A stretch of 56,609 nucleotides of DNA, filler included, from Sphacelaria rigidula (Eukaryota): the NCBI GenBank assembly GCA_964200075.2. It is 6 parts of 6 records of this genome, joined end to end, with 100 filler letters (N's around TTAATTAATTAA, not from the genome) between each part and the next. Parts side by side here need not be neighbours in the genome. Positions count along the whole stretch, not along the records: positions 9,454 to 18,805 come from CAXNAA020008694.1; positions 18,906 to 28,256 come from CAXNAA020008695.1; 4 more parts are not named here. The stretch is one strand, 5' to 3'. How positions within the stretch are numbered: position 1 is the first letter of the stretch; each line of letters opens with the position of its first letter. Shown here piece after piece: positions 11,311 to 24,208 of the stretch. Position numbers and translations under genes: made by a program. Under the pieces are notes generated by a model. That model ran no database searches. It worked only from the letters and a program-made list of their open reading frames with translations, and had not been told where the DNA came from.

Positions 11311-14300
11311 TGCATGCGCGTTTGTTGTCTGGACTCGTACGTTGGAGGATAGTAGTAAGTTTCCAAGCAGCTTAATTTCTCGTGTAGATTTCCTGTTGTT
11401 CCTGTTGCAGCTGCTCCTCTTTGCTGACGACTGTTGTTCTGGCCCGAAGAGCAATACTTGAGTACCGATTCAGGCGTGCCCGTTGCCTTTAAGTTTTAGT
11501 TTTGGATAAGGGTTAAGCTACTTCTCATGTATCAAAAAATGAAACTTGTTGAAAAGTGCATTTTGGACCCCTCTCCGTCGTTTTCCCCCCGAAAAAAGGG
11601 CTAGGCGGACGTTGACACCTTGGAATGACTTGCCCTACTCGCTGAGACGATTCTGGAGCTCCGTTGGGTTTTCCGTAGGTCACAGTTTCGTTTCGTTTTC
11701 GGTCAAACTCGCATTTCCAACAACAGACGGTCAAGTGATGAAAAAAAAGGGGGGGGGGGGCAAACTGCCATTTTTTTTATAACTTGACCGTTTGTTATTG
11801 AAAACGCAAGTTTGACCGGAAACAAAGCTGTGACCTACGGAAAACCCGAAGGTGCTCTGGAACGGTCTCAGCGAGTAGAGCAAGTCATTCCAAGGTGTCA
11901 ACATCCGCCCAGCCCTTTTTTCGGGGGAAAAAACGACGGAGGAGGACCAAAATTACACTTTTTAACGAGTTTTTTTTCTATACATCTAGCCTCCGGGTTG
12001 TCCTTGGGGGTTGAGCTTGACGTGCGTTTTATTCTGATTTGTGTTCTATTTATTTGATTTTTTGTTGTTGTTGGAGAATTCTGCCGCGGTGTTTATGGCG
12101 TGCGTCATTGATGACTGAAGGCTCGATGGCTGCTCGGAGTTATTCTGAAAATAGATATCATTTAGTTTTGTTTGTATTATTCAATTTTGTGTGTGATTCC
12201 CTTTGGACCGTCCTCTGTTTCGTTTCGCTTCCATTTCTTATTTTTTCCCTCTCATGATCGTATTCATCTACTTTTAAATCCATAGGTATGTCGGTTCTGT
12301 TCATACAGATGTTATTTTTTTTAGGGTAACTTTTCTTGCAAACCGAGTCAACGCAGGCGTTTTTTTTTCACTTCGGATCTTTTCATCATCCCAATAAACT
12401 TCCTTCGCCAGACTCATGTTGCCCTCAACTCAGTGTTCATTCATGAAAACATTAATGAATTATCAAGCCAAAGCATGGAATGCACATACTTGTGTGTAAC
12501 CGTGCTATTTTTTCTTCCTTTTTCTTCCCCGTCAACATAGGGCGCCGATAACATCATTATGGACCGTGCGACAGGATACGTAGGCTCGGACAAGGTGACC
12601 ACTAACGAACATCTTGGCGTGTACTCGAATGACGGATTGCGGACGTTGCTACTCGCCAAGAGAAACCTGTCCCAGGTGAGCGATGACCTTAACTCCCGAG
12701 AGAGCAGAGGAATGAAGAAAAAAGAAGCCGTCGATGGATCGCCATCTGCTCACCATCTGAACTCGTACATTTTGATGATATTATGGTCATTATGCAGAGC
12801 TTTTCGAGTAGCAACGCCGTTGCTTATGGTTTTGCGCTCTCTCGTTTTTTTTTGCAATAGAGGCCTGTGGTCAGTCAGGTTTGCAAGGAGCTCGTGTACA
12901 CACGTATATATATATATATATGTATGCATACTAAATATGTGTAAATATATATATACACACCACTGTACCGGTCTCTGGGACAAATAGGAAGAATACGACC
13001 GTTTTCTTTCGCATACATGTATTGATGGGAGTATATTTGATCTGCACTGGACAGAGTATTCTGCTCGGTGCACACTACAAGGCGCAACGCCGTTGGCTGC
13101 AGAGTAAATATGATCGTGTTGCCCCGGATATAGGAGCAATGACAACCCAAGCTGAACTGAAATGTGTACATGTTTTCCCTGATTGTTGAAGCTATTTATC
13201 CATACATAAAATGCAGTCGAATGGAGTGCAATCTACTGGAATGGAATGAAATGCGACGTACGGTAATGTCATGATTTGAAAAAAATGCAACAGGAATTCT
13301 TTGACGACTGGCACGGCAAGTACAAGACTGCGTCTATCGCCACCAGCGATCGCCAGGAGCAGATCGCCGAGGTGGCCAAGCTCATTGAGGTCAGATATAT
13401 GGAGTGCATGCGCATACACGACGCACAGCTGCTGCTGCTGCTGCTACTACTCAGCACATTTAAACGCGTTCTTTTCTTGTGTCGATTGTGATATGGGCAC
13501 AAAAAGTATCAAGTTCCGCTAGTACAGCAACCAAGAATAACCGCCCCCTCAACATCACAGGATGAGTGTTAGCTACGAGGGTAGTGAAACGCACTAGGGG
13601 CTCAAGCTACAGTCTCGTGAAAGAGGGATTGGCGATGTCACGATGGAGTTTGTGCGAGAAAAGAACGTGTGTGTGCGTGTAGAAATGGCGATGCGTTGTT
13701 CACTGAATGAAGTACTGGAAGTGTCTACGTTTTCGTGTGACATGAAGCATGGGTGTCGGCTTCAGTCTTGAGATGATGAAATAAATGTTAGTCATAGCAG
13801 GCAGGTATTTTGTACAGAGGAATGTGAACGAGGCTATTACTCAATGGCATGAAAATTAAAACAGTTACCGATGGATCACCCTGTGGTTGTTGTAATGGTG
13901 GTAGTGGTAGGAGGAGGAGGAGTAGCATCGTTCGCCTCTCTGTCCAGTACAAAGCTCACTGGTGCAGCCGACGATACACTGGCTATCAATGCCCCCCTCC
14001 CCCTTCCCATTTTATTAGATGAAGCGTATCATCGATATCTAGATGGATGGATGTGTGTGTGTGCGCGCGCGCGCCCGTGTGTGTGTGTGTGTGTGTGTGT
14101 GATATCAAGGGAGGTTCAAAATGCACGGTTCCAGCTGCTATACACATGAGTGTCACAGTGAAACCAACAATAACAACAACGAACGTTGGATTGGAGGTTA
14201 ACGATACAGTACCCGATAAAAACGAAACATGCAGACCGATCTCCAAGTGGTGGGAGTAACGGCCATCGAAGATAAGCTCCAGGACAACGTGCCGGCGACT

Positions 14301-16687
14301 ATCGCCGACCTGGGCAAGGCAGGGGTGAAGCTTTGGGTGCTGACGGGGGACAAGATGGAGACGGCGATCAACATCGGCTACAGGTATAGAAGTAAACGTT
14401 ACGTTCATCCACAAATAGATGTTTCCATATTGTGCCCAAGATTACTTGTAAGTGTCCTACCGGGAGCCATAACATTTTTTCGATATCCACGTCCTCACGG
14501 TTCGAACGACAAAAATCAGATGTGGGGAAAAAGAAGCCAAACAAGATGCACCTGGCGGGAAGCAAACCCCCGTTTTTATGACGTGATGGTGTCTTTTGTA
14601 CCCTAGGCGAAAGGCCACCGGAGCAAGATGGTCACACTTTATTATTGTTTAACTGTTCTTAATAATAGCATCATCATTATCCTTGGCACCCGTGGCATTA
14701 TTGTCACCAGCATAATAGTAATGCTATGCTAATAGCGCATATGATACTATTGATAATAGGATATAATAAAATGATATATGAAAATAAAATAATTCTAGAA
14801 GTGCTGATGGTCAGTCATCTGTGGGAGCTACTGTGTTCTGTTTTGAGAATCGCTCAATTTTCATGTGGCAATAACTCGCTGTCGAACGAAATAAGGGACC
14901 CTCGAACCCTCAGTGTAAAGTTTGGAGTACCATTCCGAGTGTTTTCGGTACGTCCAGGCTTTATTTTTTTGCGGTTCGGTGTTGGTTTCACTCAAGTTTA
15001 GGATGAGTAGGCTGTCACATGGTGTCATCCACGAGCGGTTTTTGTTGCAGTGTCAACAGCTGTTGCAGTCCGGTTCTTTTGCACGGCACTGATCACTCCT
15101 GTGCAGTTGGATTCTTCCGTCTCCCTGTAGGATCTTCTCGTCGAGGATGTTTGAGGGATAACGAGGAGTTTTTGCTCAGATTTATCACGACTTATTCATT
15201 ATATTCAACCGTAACCTAGAGTTCATTTATTTTTCCTGAATTGCAAAGCTTCCTCTGAATCATATCTTCAGCTCCGGACACTCTCGAATATGGATGAGGC
15301 CTGACGCCGTTGGCGACAACATTCCACAGCCTTGGGATCGCTCGATTTGGGCGGTGGCGCGAAACCCCAAGAACCTTGTATTATCAGTGTAAAGGTTTAT
15401 GTTCCGCTCGAATTGGCTCCCCTGCAGACAGGTGTGATTTTGTTCTCGAGCCTCCGGATGCCGGAATTCTGTCTTTACTTGATTTTAGACTACGTTGTCT
15501 TCCGCTTGTGCTCTCAGCAGACATTTCGCATCCTACATATTACATTTCGCTTGCGACGTAAAGGATGTGTTCTGTTTTCACTTGGGACATCCGGTCCCCT
15601 CGCTGAGTCGTGCTGTGTTCCTCATGGCAGTGATCCAATTGCGTTCAGTTCCATGCGTAGTTCGCGTCTAGAGCATTTTCATACCGATCCCTTCATCTTT
15701 CCCGCGTGTGGCGTCGGCATCATTGTACGTTTGAACAATTGATTCGGCATCATTTTCGGGATCGATCTCTTGTTTTCTCTCGCCTTTCCTGTGAGCATCT
15801 CTGCAGGGGGAAGAGGGATATCATGCCCATGTGCGAGTATGTTCGATATATACTTCCCCTGTGACATAAGTAAAGGTGCTTATGGGCGTTTAATCGTTTG
15901 GGTATTTTAATGTTGACGATCATCCTATGGTTGGTGAGGCAAAACGCAGGTACGAAGCTGATGAAGGGGAAAAAAAAAACCAGAAAGAAAAAAGTTGTTT
16001 TCATCACTGAAATAATGTCGAAATACACCCTCATTTTGACCCTTTTTTATCCATTTATACCCCCATCATTGACCGATTCCGACGTGTTCACGTCAAGCGC
16101 TCGCAATTACATGCTAACAAAATGTTGGATGGGGCGTGATTGGTTAACATCACAAGCATGTCCAAAATCAACGGTGGTTTCGCGATTTTCACATTTTCTG
16201 GCCCATTTTTCGCGATCTTTCGTGTTCCCGGTTCTCTCATGCTCTCCTGGGAAAACGAGCGAGAAATGGCCGTTTTTAAACCCACCTAATTTTTCTCGGC
16301 CGCGCGGCTGCATGGGTCAAGCACCCACTTTGTAGAAAGAGTGCTGGTTTTGGCTAAAAACACACACAGACGAATGCAATTAAAAGATCGAAAATCAAAT
16401 ATCACATCGTTGAGGGTCCGTGCAATGATAAGGACCTTTACTTGTGACACAGAGGAAGTATATGTTTTTTATGTGCATGTGTTCGCGTTTTTGTGCGTTT
16501 TTTTTTTTTTTCTTCATTTTCGAATGAAACGAAAAGCTGCCGACTTTTGGAGCCGGAGATGACGCTAATCAAGCTAAAGGAAAAGGCCGGGGACCCTGAC
16601 TCCGTGGTGAACCAACTTCGAAGTCTGATGCAGCACTTCAACAGGCTCGTGGATGACGAAGGGATCGTGCAACGCCTTTGGGGAAGG
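11012..16687 (+). CDS. P4-type ATPase (phospholipid-transporting flippase, ALA/ATP8/Drs2 family), internal part covering the N and P domains; 5 exons, both ends missing
   Basis: Exons 11012-11182, 12541-12675, 13294-13389, 14235-14383 and 16537-16687 are all AG/GT bounded and phase-consistent. They splice to ..[32 protein letters not shown]..|..[56 protein letters not shown].., which are diagnostic P4-ATPase motifs. Confidence 0.95.
11258..11320. repeat. (GT)n(GCGT)n compound microsatellite in the ATPase intron
   Basis: Directly visible. Confidence 0.9.
11527..11985. mobile_element. Foldback/palindromic MITE with about 215-bp inverted arms
   Basis: Arm pairs include GTTGACACCTTGGAATGACTTGC / GCAAGTCATTCCAAGGTGTCAAC and GGGTTTTCCGTAGGTCACAG / CTGTGACCTACGGAAAACCC. 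Short central spacer near 11750-11770. Confidence 0.85.
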
Positions 16688-16935
16688 GTGGGTCTTGTAT
16701 TTTTTTTTCTCTCAAAAATGAAGTGAATCAAGATGGGTATAAGTGAAGCTCTTATTGGCCGATGAAAAATCGAATGGTTAGCACAACTAACGGAATTTAT
16801 TTGATCCATTCGTTCATCAAGTCAGTCATTCGGTCACCATTCAACGAGACAGTATTTTGTCTGGATGATGAAACACGCACATATATACGAAGTATGTATA
16901 TACATATCCGATCAATGATATTCAAGACAATCATG

Positions 16936-17445
16936 CGAGGTTGTGTTCTGTAGGGTACGGTTTTCTGTAGGCCCCGGGTACTTACCGTACCCTACACTTT
17001 CATACCGATACCCGACAGTTCTGTAAAGTCTATGAGATTTTCATACCCGTACCCGATTGTTCCGTGAGTTCTGTGAACCTCCCGTACCGTTACCGGGGGC
17101 ACGGATATGCTCTTGATATGATACTCGTTTGCGGGTACCGGGTACGGTTTTCTGCGCAGCCTCCATACCCTGCCCTGCAGTTTCTGTGAGTTTTGTACGC
17201 CTCGCATACCCTTTCCGACAGTTCTGTGAGTTCTGTACGTGATATATGCTCGTACCGGGAGCTCGGGCATGCCGTTAACGAAATACTCGATTGCCGGTAC
17301 GGTTTTTTGTAAGCCTCCCGTACCGTACCCGACATATCCTGTAATTTCTCTGAGACTTTCATACCGGTACCCGATGTTTCTGTCAGTTCTGTAAGGAATC
17401 CCATACCCTACAGAACATACCCGTACCCTATAGAATATAACCTTG
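16936..17445. mobile_element. MITE family A, complete copy with perfect 8-bp TSD
   Basis: TIRs CGAGGTTGTGTTCTGTAGGGTACGG / CCGTACCCTATAGAATATAACCTTG. CAATCATG is duplicated at 16928-16935 and 17446-17453. Confidence 0.92.
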
Positions 17446-17488
17446 CAATCATGAATTAATTGATTCAATGACCGTATCATTTTATCTA

Positions 17489-18497
17489 TATTGGGGGGGG
17501 AGGGGCGATATAGTGCGGGTATGTGCCACGAGGTAAACCCCGCACTATAGCGGGCACGCGCACTATATAACATTGGGCCTGAATAGTGCGCCTACCCGCA
17601 CTATTCCGGGTTCTCAGAACCCCCCAATAGTGCGGGAATGCGCACTATTGACGATATCACTTGTTTAAAGAATAGGAAACAGCCAACAGCAAGGTGTATG
17701 TACGCAAATATGGTATTGAAATTGTGTCTGTTCGTGGTGAGAAGAGGACAGCATGTCGCAACGGCGAATCCGCATCATGAACGCGAGTAAAATGATACGA
17801 GTAGTTGAGTACTGTACAGTACTTCGTACAGTACTTCGTTCATGACCTGTTTGCACGCTGGGCGTACCAAGTGTCTGCCTGTGCAAAGTCCCATGGTTGT
17901 TTCAGTCTGCGTTTGCATCCACTTGTTGACTACGAAAATAATCGCAGGGATTCACCATATAATTCAAGCTACACACGAAACCTGAACCTGCCCAACCGAA
18001 TGCCGTCTTCAACGCGACCAAGACACCTTCCGGAAACAAAAACCGGCAAGTAAGAAGGATCCATCCCGAAAGTCCCTGCTTCTCGCACACTCCACCTCTG
18101 TTGATGCAAGAACACGTGATCGAGGTCGGCCTGAATGCACGAAGAAAAATGCGCCAACTCTAAACTAATCGACTCCTTTACCACACGCGGAAGTCAGGCA
18201 CCCGGTAGACCCGGCCAAAAATAAAGAAAGACAGCAGTAACTTCTGTGCATACGGCAAAACGCAAATCGCTCTATGCGTCAAAATACTGTACCTGTACTC
18301 TGTAATTCACGTGGTTGTGTGTGATTTGTGCGTGTGTGCGTGTTGGTTTGACCGCATATAGAGCGGGGGTGACGTCAGTCCCGCACTATATAGGGTCGTG
18401 GGGTGGACCAAACCCGCACTGTAGAGGGGTTGAAGTTGTGCCAAGCGATTTCACCCGCATTATGTCGGGCACGCGCACTATATCGGGCCCCCCACTG
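17489..18497. mobile_element. Probable non-autonomous Tc1/mariner-like element
   Basis: Right end ..CGCACTATATCGGGCCCCCCACTG|TA and degenerate left end TA|TATTGGGG..GATATAGTGCG. CGCACTAT subterminal motifs are repeated at both ends. Confidence 0.55.
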
Positions 18498-18805
18498 TAT
18501 CTTGACGATTTTTTTTTCTTTAATTTTCAAGGATTGTAACGTTAACGTACAGTGTGTAAAGAAGAAAAACAACAACGGTGAGGAGGGAGATCATTTATGA
18601 TTGGCGTTTCTCATGTGCCCACCCTCGTCACGTGAACCCTAGATGAAGCACACGAAATTTATGATGAAGAAAAAAACTGCCTTGTCAGACAAATCGAATA
18701 CCTGCGCTGTCGTGGGTGGTCCCCCATCTCGCGTACAAACTGTACATGAGTTGATCGGTGATGCTACTATGGAGGATGGGGAGGGGGGGGGGGGGTGTAC
18801 TGGGG

Positions 18806-18905
18806 NNNNNNNNNNNNNNNNNNNNNNNNNNNNNNNNNNNNNNNNNNNNTTAATTAATTAANNNNNNNNNNNNNNNNNNNNNNNNNNNNNNNNNNNNNNN
18901 NNNNN
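18806..18905. other. Artificial contig spacer
   Basis: 44 N + TTAATTAATTAA + 44 N. Confidence 0.98.
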
Positions 18906-21499
18906 TTTAATCCTCCGGGTTCTCATCCTCAATCAAAAGCACCATCCTCAACATAGATGATTGGCTGTTTAAACTGGATAAACTGGAGTCCTCATCACCA
19001 TTTCCAGTTGAACTTCAGTTCCAGTTTAACTGCCAGTACAAACTGGTCCAGTCCACAGCCCTATGTTTGACTCATTACACACATCACTTATACTGTATTT
19101 CACAAGATTGTCATGATGTGACGAAGCTCTCCAGGACTACAGACATAAAAGTTCATGTTGCCCACCTCCGACGACGACAAAACTGCTGTAGCACTGTATT
19201 CCGGTAGGCAAAACAACCACTTAATCGAACTGGTCTATATCACGCACGTTGGGGGTTAATACCCTCATCCTGCTACTGACTGCCGGGGTTTTCCAGTCTG
19301 TTTCGGGATCTCCGCGCTGGCTGCTCTGCCCGCCCCTTCCGACCGTACCCCCCCTTCTCCTGTTTGTTAGTAGGCTCCAGTAGAACCCTTTGCCAAAAAG
19401 GACTGCACGTACAGTACTATACCGTGCGCCAGCAGTAAGCAGTACGTGAACCAGTTTTGTACGAGAAGGCAAAATCGGAACAAAATACAATACAGTACTG
19501 GACGAGTTTCGTACAGATTGTCATTGTCCATGGTGTGGCCTGGTGGGGATCGATGTTGTTTGCCAGTTTACGAAAGTAGGCAGCTTGCTTGAGGGCCTGA
19601 TGTAGCCATGGTGGTTGTGGAGGCAGTTTATTATTTTTGTGAGGTGCAGTGCATTCTTGCAGATTCTCACCTGCCTACACCCTCGCTCTTCCGATTTATA
19701 ATTCATATTTCCCCCTTGAGTTCAGCACAAATAATGCTAACAAGGGCTCTTACATGTTCGGGATGGATTTTTTATTGAGGATGATGAACCCGGAGAATTA
19801 AAATCTTCGTATCCACACCAAATCTTCGGAGAGTGGTTCCATTTCTTCCCCTACTGATAGCTATTGACAACTGCACGCCACAGAAATTTGGATTTCGATC
19901 ACCAAAATGATGCGATCTTAGGTGAAAAACCAATTTCGGAACCGTTTTGGCATCCGTTTGGACACGCCGAATTCCCAAAATTGTTTTTTCACAGAGGACC
20001 CCAACATTCCGGTGATCGAGATCCAAATTTGAGTGATGTGTAGTAGCTTTCAAAAGCTATCAGTAGGTGAAGAAATGGAACGATATTTCGAGGATTTGGT
20101 GTGGATACGAAGATTTTACCTGTCCGAGTTTTCATCCCCAATACAAGATGCATCCCCAACTTGTAAGATCCCGTGTTTAACGCCGTATTTTCTTCATTTG
20201 ATCAAAAAACGAGAACCTGAGATTCTTGACTACCAGCTTCTTAACATTTGTCGCGCTCTGTATGGTACATTTGTTAGGGTTAAGAGCAGCTCCTCTCGCT
20301 ACACAGAACGCCCTTTTTCACAAATATGTGGACTTTGGCGTGTATATAGAAATATTCCCCGAGAACCCCTGGCCGGTTTTGACCCCGCAGTCAGTTAGGT
20401 ACAGAATCAGTGTGTGTGCTGCTGTATGCTTCGCTGGATACAACGTGGTAAGAAACAATCATCTTGCGATCGTTTTCCACTGAACACAGTCTACTGCACC
20501 CTGCTAATTTATCTGCATGGTGTTGAAAAACATCACAGTCTGTGAAGCCATGCTGGCAATACATGAGAGGTCAGACAGGCGGCATAAAGCACGAGCAGAG
20601 TAAAAGACACTTTGTTTGTCTTCTTCGTATTCGATCCCTCACGCTCAATCACTCAGTCTCACCGTGATATCAGACTTCGCTCAGGTATGTGACTAGTGCA
20701 GCCAGAGGGTTGTTGTCCACGTTACCATCCCTACTATATACAAGTTCACACTCGTATCTGATCAACTCTAGAGAGACCTGCAGTCTTAAACTAGCCTGGG
20801 ATGAGATATCTAGCCGGACTCAGCAACGGGTCTGAGGGGGCATGACAACAGGCTAATATGATCCTTATAACACTAGTCCACCCAGACGAACCTTTATTAC
20901 AGCTGCGAGAATTTCCCCCCAAAAGCAGCGAAAATTAAGGTTCTTCTATACCCGTAAAGTCATGGGCGGCTTAGAGGGCACACCTATTGAAACACCCCTG
21001 TAACCACTCCCACACCTCAAATTAAGGGAAGCATATTATACTGCTTCGAGGAGCAGAAGAAAACTGCTTCGAAACGCGGGAGCACAAATTGCTCCTGCGT
21101 GCTAGCGACCGACGAAGAAGCGCAAATTGCTTCGGTGTTCTAGCAAAACGAAGGGGAAAACCAGGGAGGTATAACAGGGAGCAGAGCTTCTAACTGGGGG
21201 ATTCCAAAGGGGAAGCGGCAAGATCAGCATGCGACCAACGCATGTTGGTCGGGAGTAAGGGAAACGTATTCTGAAAGTCGGTGATCCAACGAGATCCAGC
21301 GCCAGCCAAAAAGGGAATACTTGAGCTTCAGCACTTGTAGATGGTGAGCGGTTCCTGATAGTCTCCGATTGGCCCGGTGTAGGTGGTCATGTTGTGGATG
21401 TCGTAGAGTCGGGTCCTAGCGAAGAGGGGAGGGCAAAAATACCAAAGAAGAGAAAAAAATCGCAGTGAAGGGGCGTGGTTCAAAGCGGTGCATGGACGT

Positions 21500-23660
21500 C
21501 GCGGGTGTGGTCGATGTTGCTCTGGATACTGCGGCGAAAGCCTTTGGACTTGAGTCGCTGGAGGCACCAAGATCCGCGTGGTGCAGATGGGCTGGTGGTG
21601 TATACTGCTAGCCGGAGCTTGAGCTGTATGGGTGCAGCGTCATCGATGACGCGCACACGATGTATGTGTCGGCAGAAACCAGGTTAGCAGAGTGGGTCTG
21701 AGCCAACGACCAGAGGTTTTCGCTGCCTTCATACAACAGGTAGCTACCCTTGGGTAGTATTCGCTGGTTTGCGAAGAACTTCGCCTTACAAGTCTAGGTG
21801 GGTACAAGTTCGTAGCCGTCGGCGACAAAGCGTAGTCCTTGATCTCGGTGAAGTTCGGGGGCTGCTGCACCACGACGCATGTTGCGATATTTCTTGTTGT
21901 GAGCAAGATACTGATGTTGGGATTGCGTCCAGTATAGGAGGATTGCACGGCGGTGCGATTGAAGGTCGGATTCGCGTTCCCAAGACGCTTTCCGAAGACC
22001 TTGCCAGCGGGTCTTATACATGACAGTAGCTTTGCCACCTCGACCACGTTTTATCTGGTGGCCGGAGATGGCGGACAAGGTCCATCGGAGGGGCTTGTCA
22101 CGTCGTCGGTGGTAACATGATAGGGCGGAGACTTGGTCGAGTAGCTGTTGAGAATGTATTGTGTGAGTCCGGCAGGCAAGTGCTTGGGCATGCCGCTTGT
22201 ACCATGCGGGTTCGTGCAGGGTTTGCATCTGTGCAAGGAGACGCGGGGTTTGGCGTCGTTGCCCTAGAGGTCGCGATGCAGATCGAGATAGAGCGCTTTG
22301 TCACCAACGGGTTTATCATCCGATGATGATGGCGATGGTCCGACTGTCAAAATCTTGAATTATCCTGTCCGACTGGGGGACAAATCTGTCTTCAAAATTG
22401 TTTCGTTGGCTGCCTTCCTGGCGCCTTGGCGGATGATCGACAAACTGTTGTAGATCCAACCCCAATCACCAACTTTCCAGTTGGGGCCTTCGTGTATGAA
22501 GTTGTAGAGATCAGTGTTAGATCTCTCAAGGCGCGAGGCATTGATAGCTTGTTGCTCGCGCACGAGGGTAAACGGTTTGCGTCGTCGTGAATGCGCTAGT
22601 TCGTGATAGGATATCTGATCCAATCCTTGGTGGCCATCGAACGTGTGACGCTAAAACACGGTGATGAGCAGCCGAGGGTAGCATCCAAGATGGATTTCGT
22701 TCGGGGAAAGGCCTGTGGCGGCATTAATCGAGGTTTTGTAGCACAACATGATGTGCGAAATATATAGGTCCAAGTCATTTTGGCGGTTATTGACGACCAT
22801 AGAAAGCATCTGGACCATGGTGTGATCAACTTTTTCGGTACCACCGTTACCGTTCGGGTGGTAGGCGTTCGTGGCAATCTTGCGGATGCCCAGGAGCTTG
22901 TGAAGCTCATCGGAGAGATCTGAGCAAAATTGTTGACCATTGTCTGGAAGGAGTCGTTTTGGGCAACCGTAGTCCTTAATCTAGTCGTGAACCAATATGT
23001 CGGCCGTTCCTGCGGCAGTGATATCTGCAGCGGTTACTGCGTACATGGACGCGTGACGGCTGAAGCGACCAGTGAAGAGTAAGATGTAGGTGATACCGCG
23101 ACTCGTGGTCGGTAGAGGGCTAAAGAAGTTATAAGACACAAGGTGGCTCGGGGCGTTGGGGAGTCCCATAGAGATGACGGGCCAGCGTACTGTCTGCCGT
23201 GAAGTTTTCGAGCTTGGCATTTGAAGCATCGCCGAATCCAGAAGCGGTAGAAAATTTCCATGCCAGCCCGCCAGTAGAAGCGTTCCAGGAGCGCTAGGGT
23301 GCGAGTGACGCCAAGGTGACATGGCAAGTCTTTGTGCCAGCCTTTCATGACCCAGGGACGCATTAATAAGGGGACATATATACGTGTTGGTTCGTCATCG
23401 AGTAGTCGTGCGTGGCATCCCGTGGTTGAGACGGAAAGTGCGCCCGTCAAAGGCGTGGGGGCGACGCTCTAGTAGCTGTGCGCCTTCATCCGTAGTGAAA
23501 ATGGTGCCTTTACGCACGAGTTCGTATACGTCAGACATATCTGGTGGTGGCAGTGTGCCAACCGGGGCCAGTCGGGCGGATGGAAAAGGAGCTGAATACT
23601 GTGGACTTTCTGAAATCAGGACAACGTCGCAGTGCTGCTCCAGACACTTCCTCCCTGTCA
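21500..23660 (-). mobile_element. Degenerate Ty3/Gypsy LTR retrotransposon (family B): integrase, chromodomain and C-terminal extension
   Basis: Frameshifted pieces give the zinc finger (WH....CHLGVTRTLALLERFYW...RRCFKCQARK), the core (YILLFT.RFSR; P..LL.DNGQQFCS; AYHPNGNGGTEK), then KVGDW.WIY and a chromo-like YKTRWQGLRKASWERESDL. Confidence 0.85.
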
Positions 23661-24208
23661 AAGGCTCCAGAGACTTCAAGACTCAAGCAGCTACACAAGT
23701 AGCTGTGTTCGTCAAACCAGAAGTGACCTCTGTTTTGCTCTCTCTGCAAGCGCAATATGTTACGCATCCAAGTATCATCCTCCAACCCATTGTCATAAGA
23801 TCCAACCTGATATCCACCTGCTACCATACTCCTCATGTGGAGGTGCTACTCTACTTTCTCTACAGCACCTCCGAGCTACGTTTTACTAAACGGTAGAAAA
23901 CGAGCTTGATCATCAGTAGGCATCGACAATCAATTTGGGATGTCAACAAAGAACAATCATGCAATACCATACTGCATTAGTGAATACTTCGTGACGCTCA
24001 CTTTATCTTGCCCGCACTAAGTTTCAATCACTACGTCTTGCCAGTATAATTCAAAACCAGCAGCAAAAAGCTATGCATCATTTTCATGCAAACGATAACC
24101 AAGCGGTATACTCGACGAACATCAATCGCGTGATGGAATCTATCCACGAAGTACTCAGACAACCAGTCACAGCTCGATACCATAGTTGGCCTTCAGACGC
24201 GCCCGTAG

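Noticed and set aside
16992..17573. 193-aa ORF, and the similar ORFs at 761-1123
   Set aside because: These are translations of the internal repeats of MITE family A.
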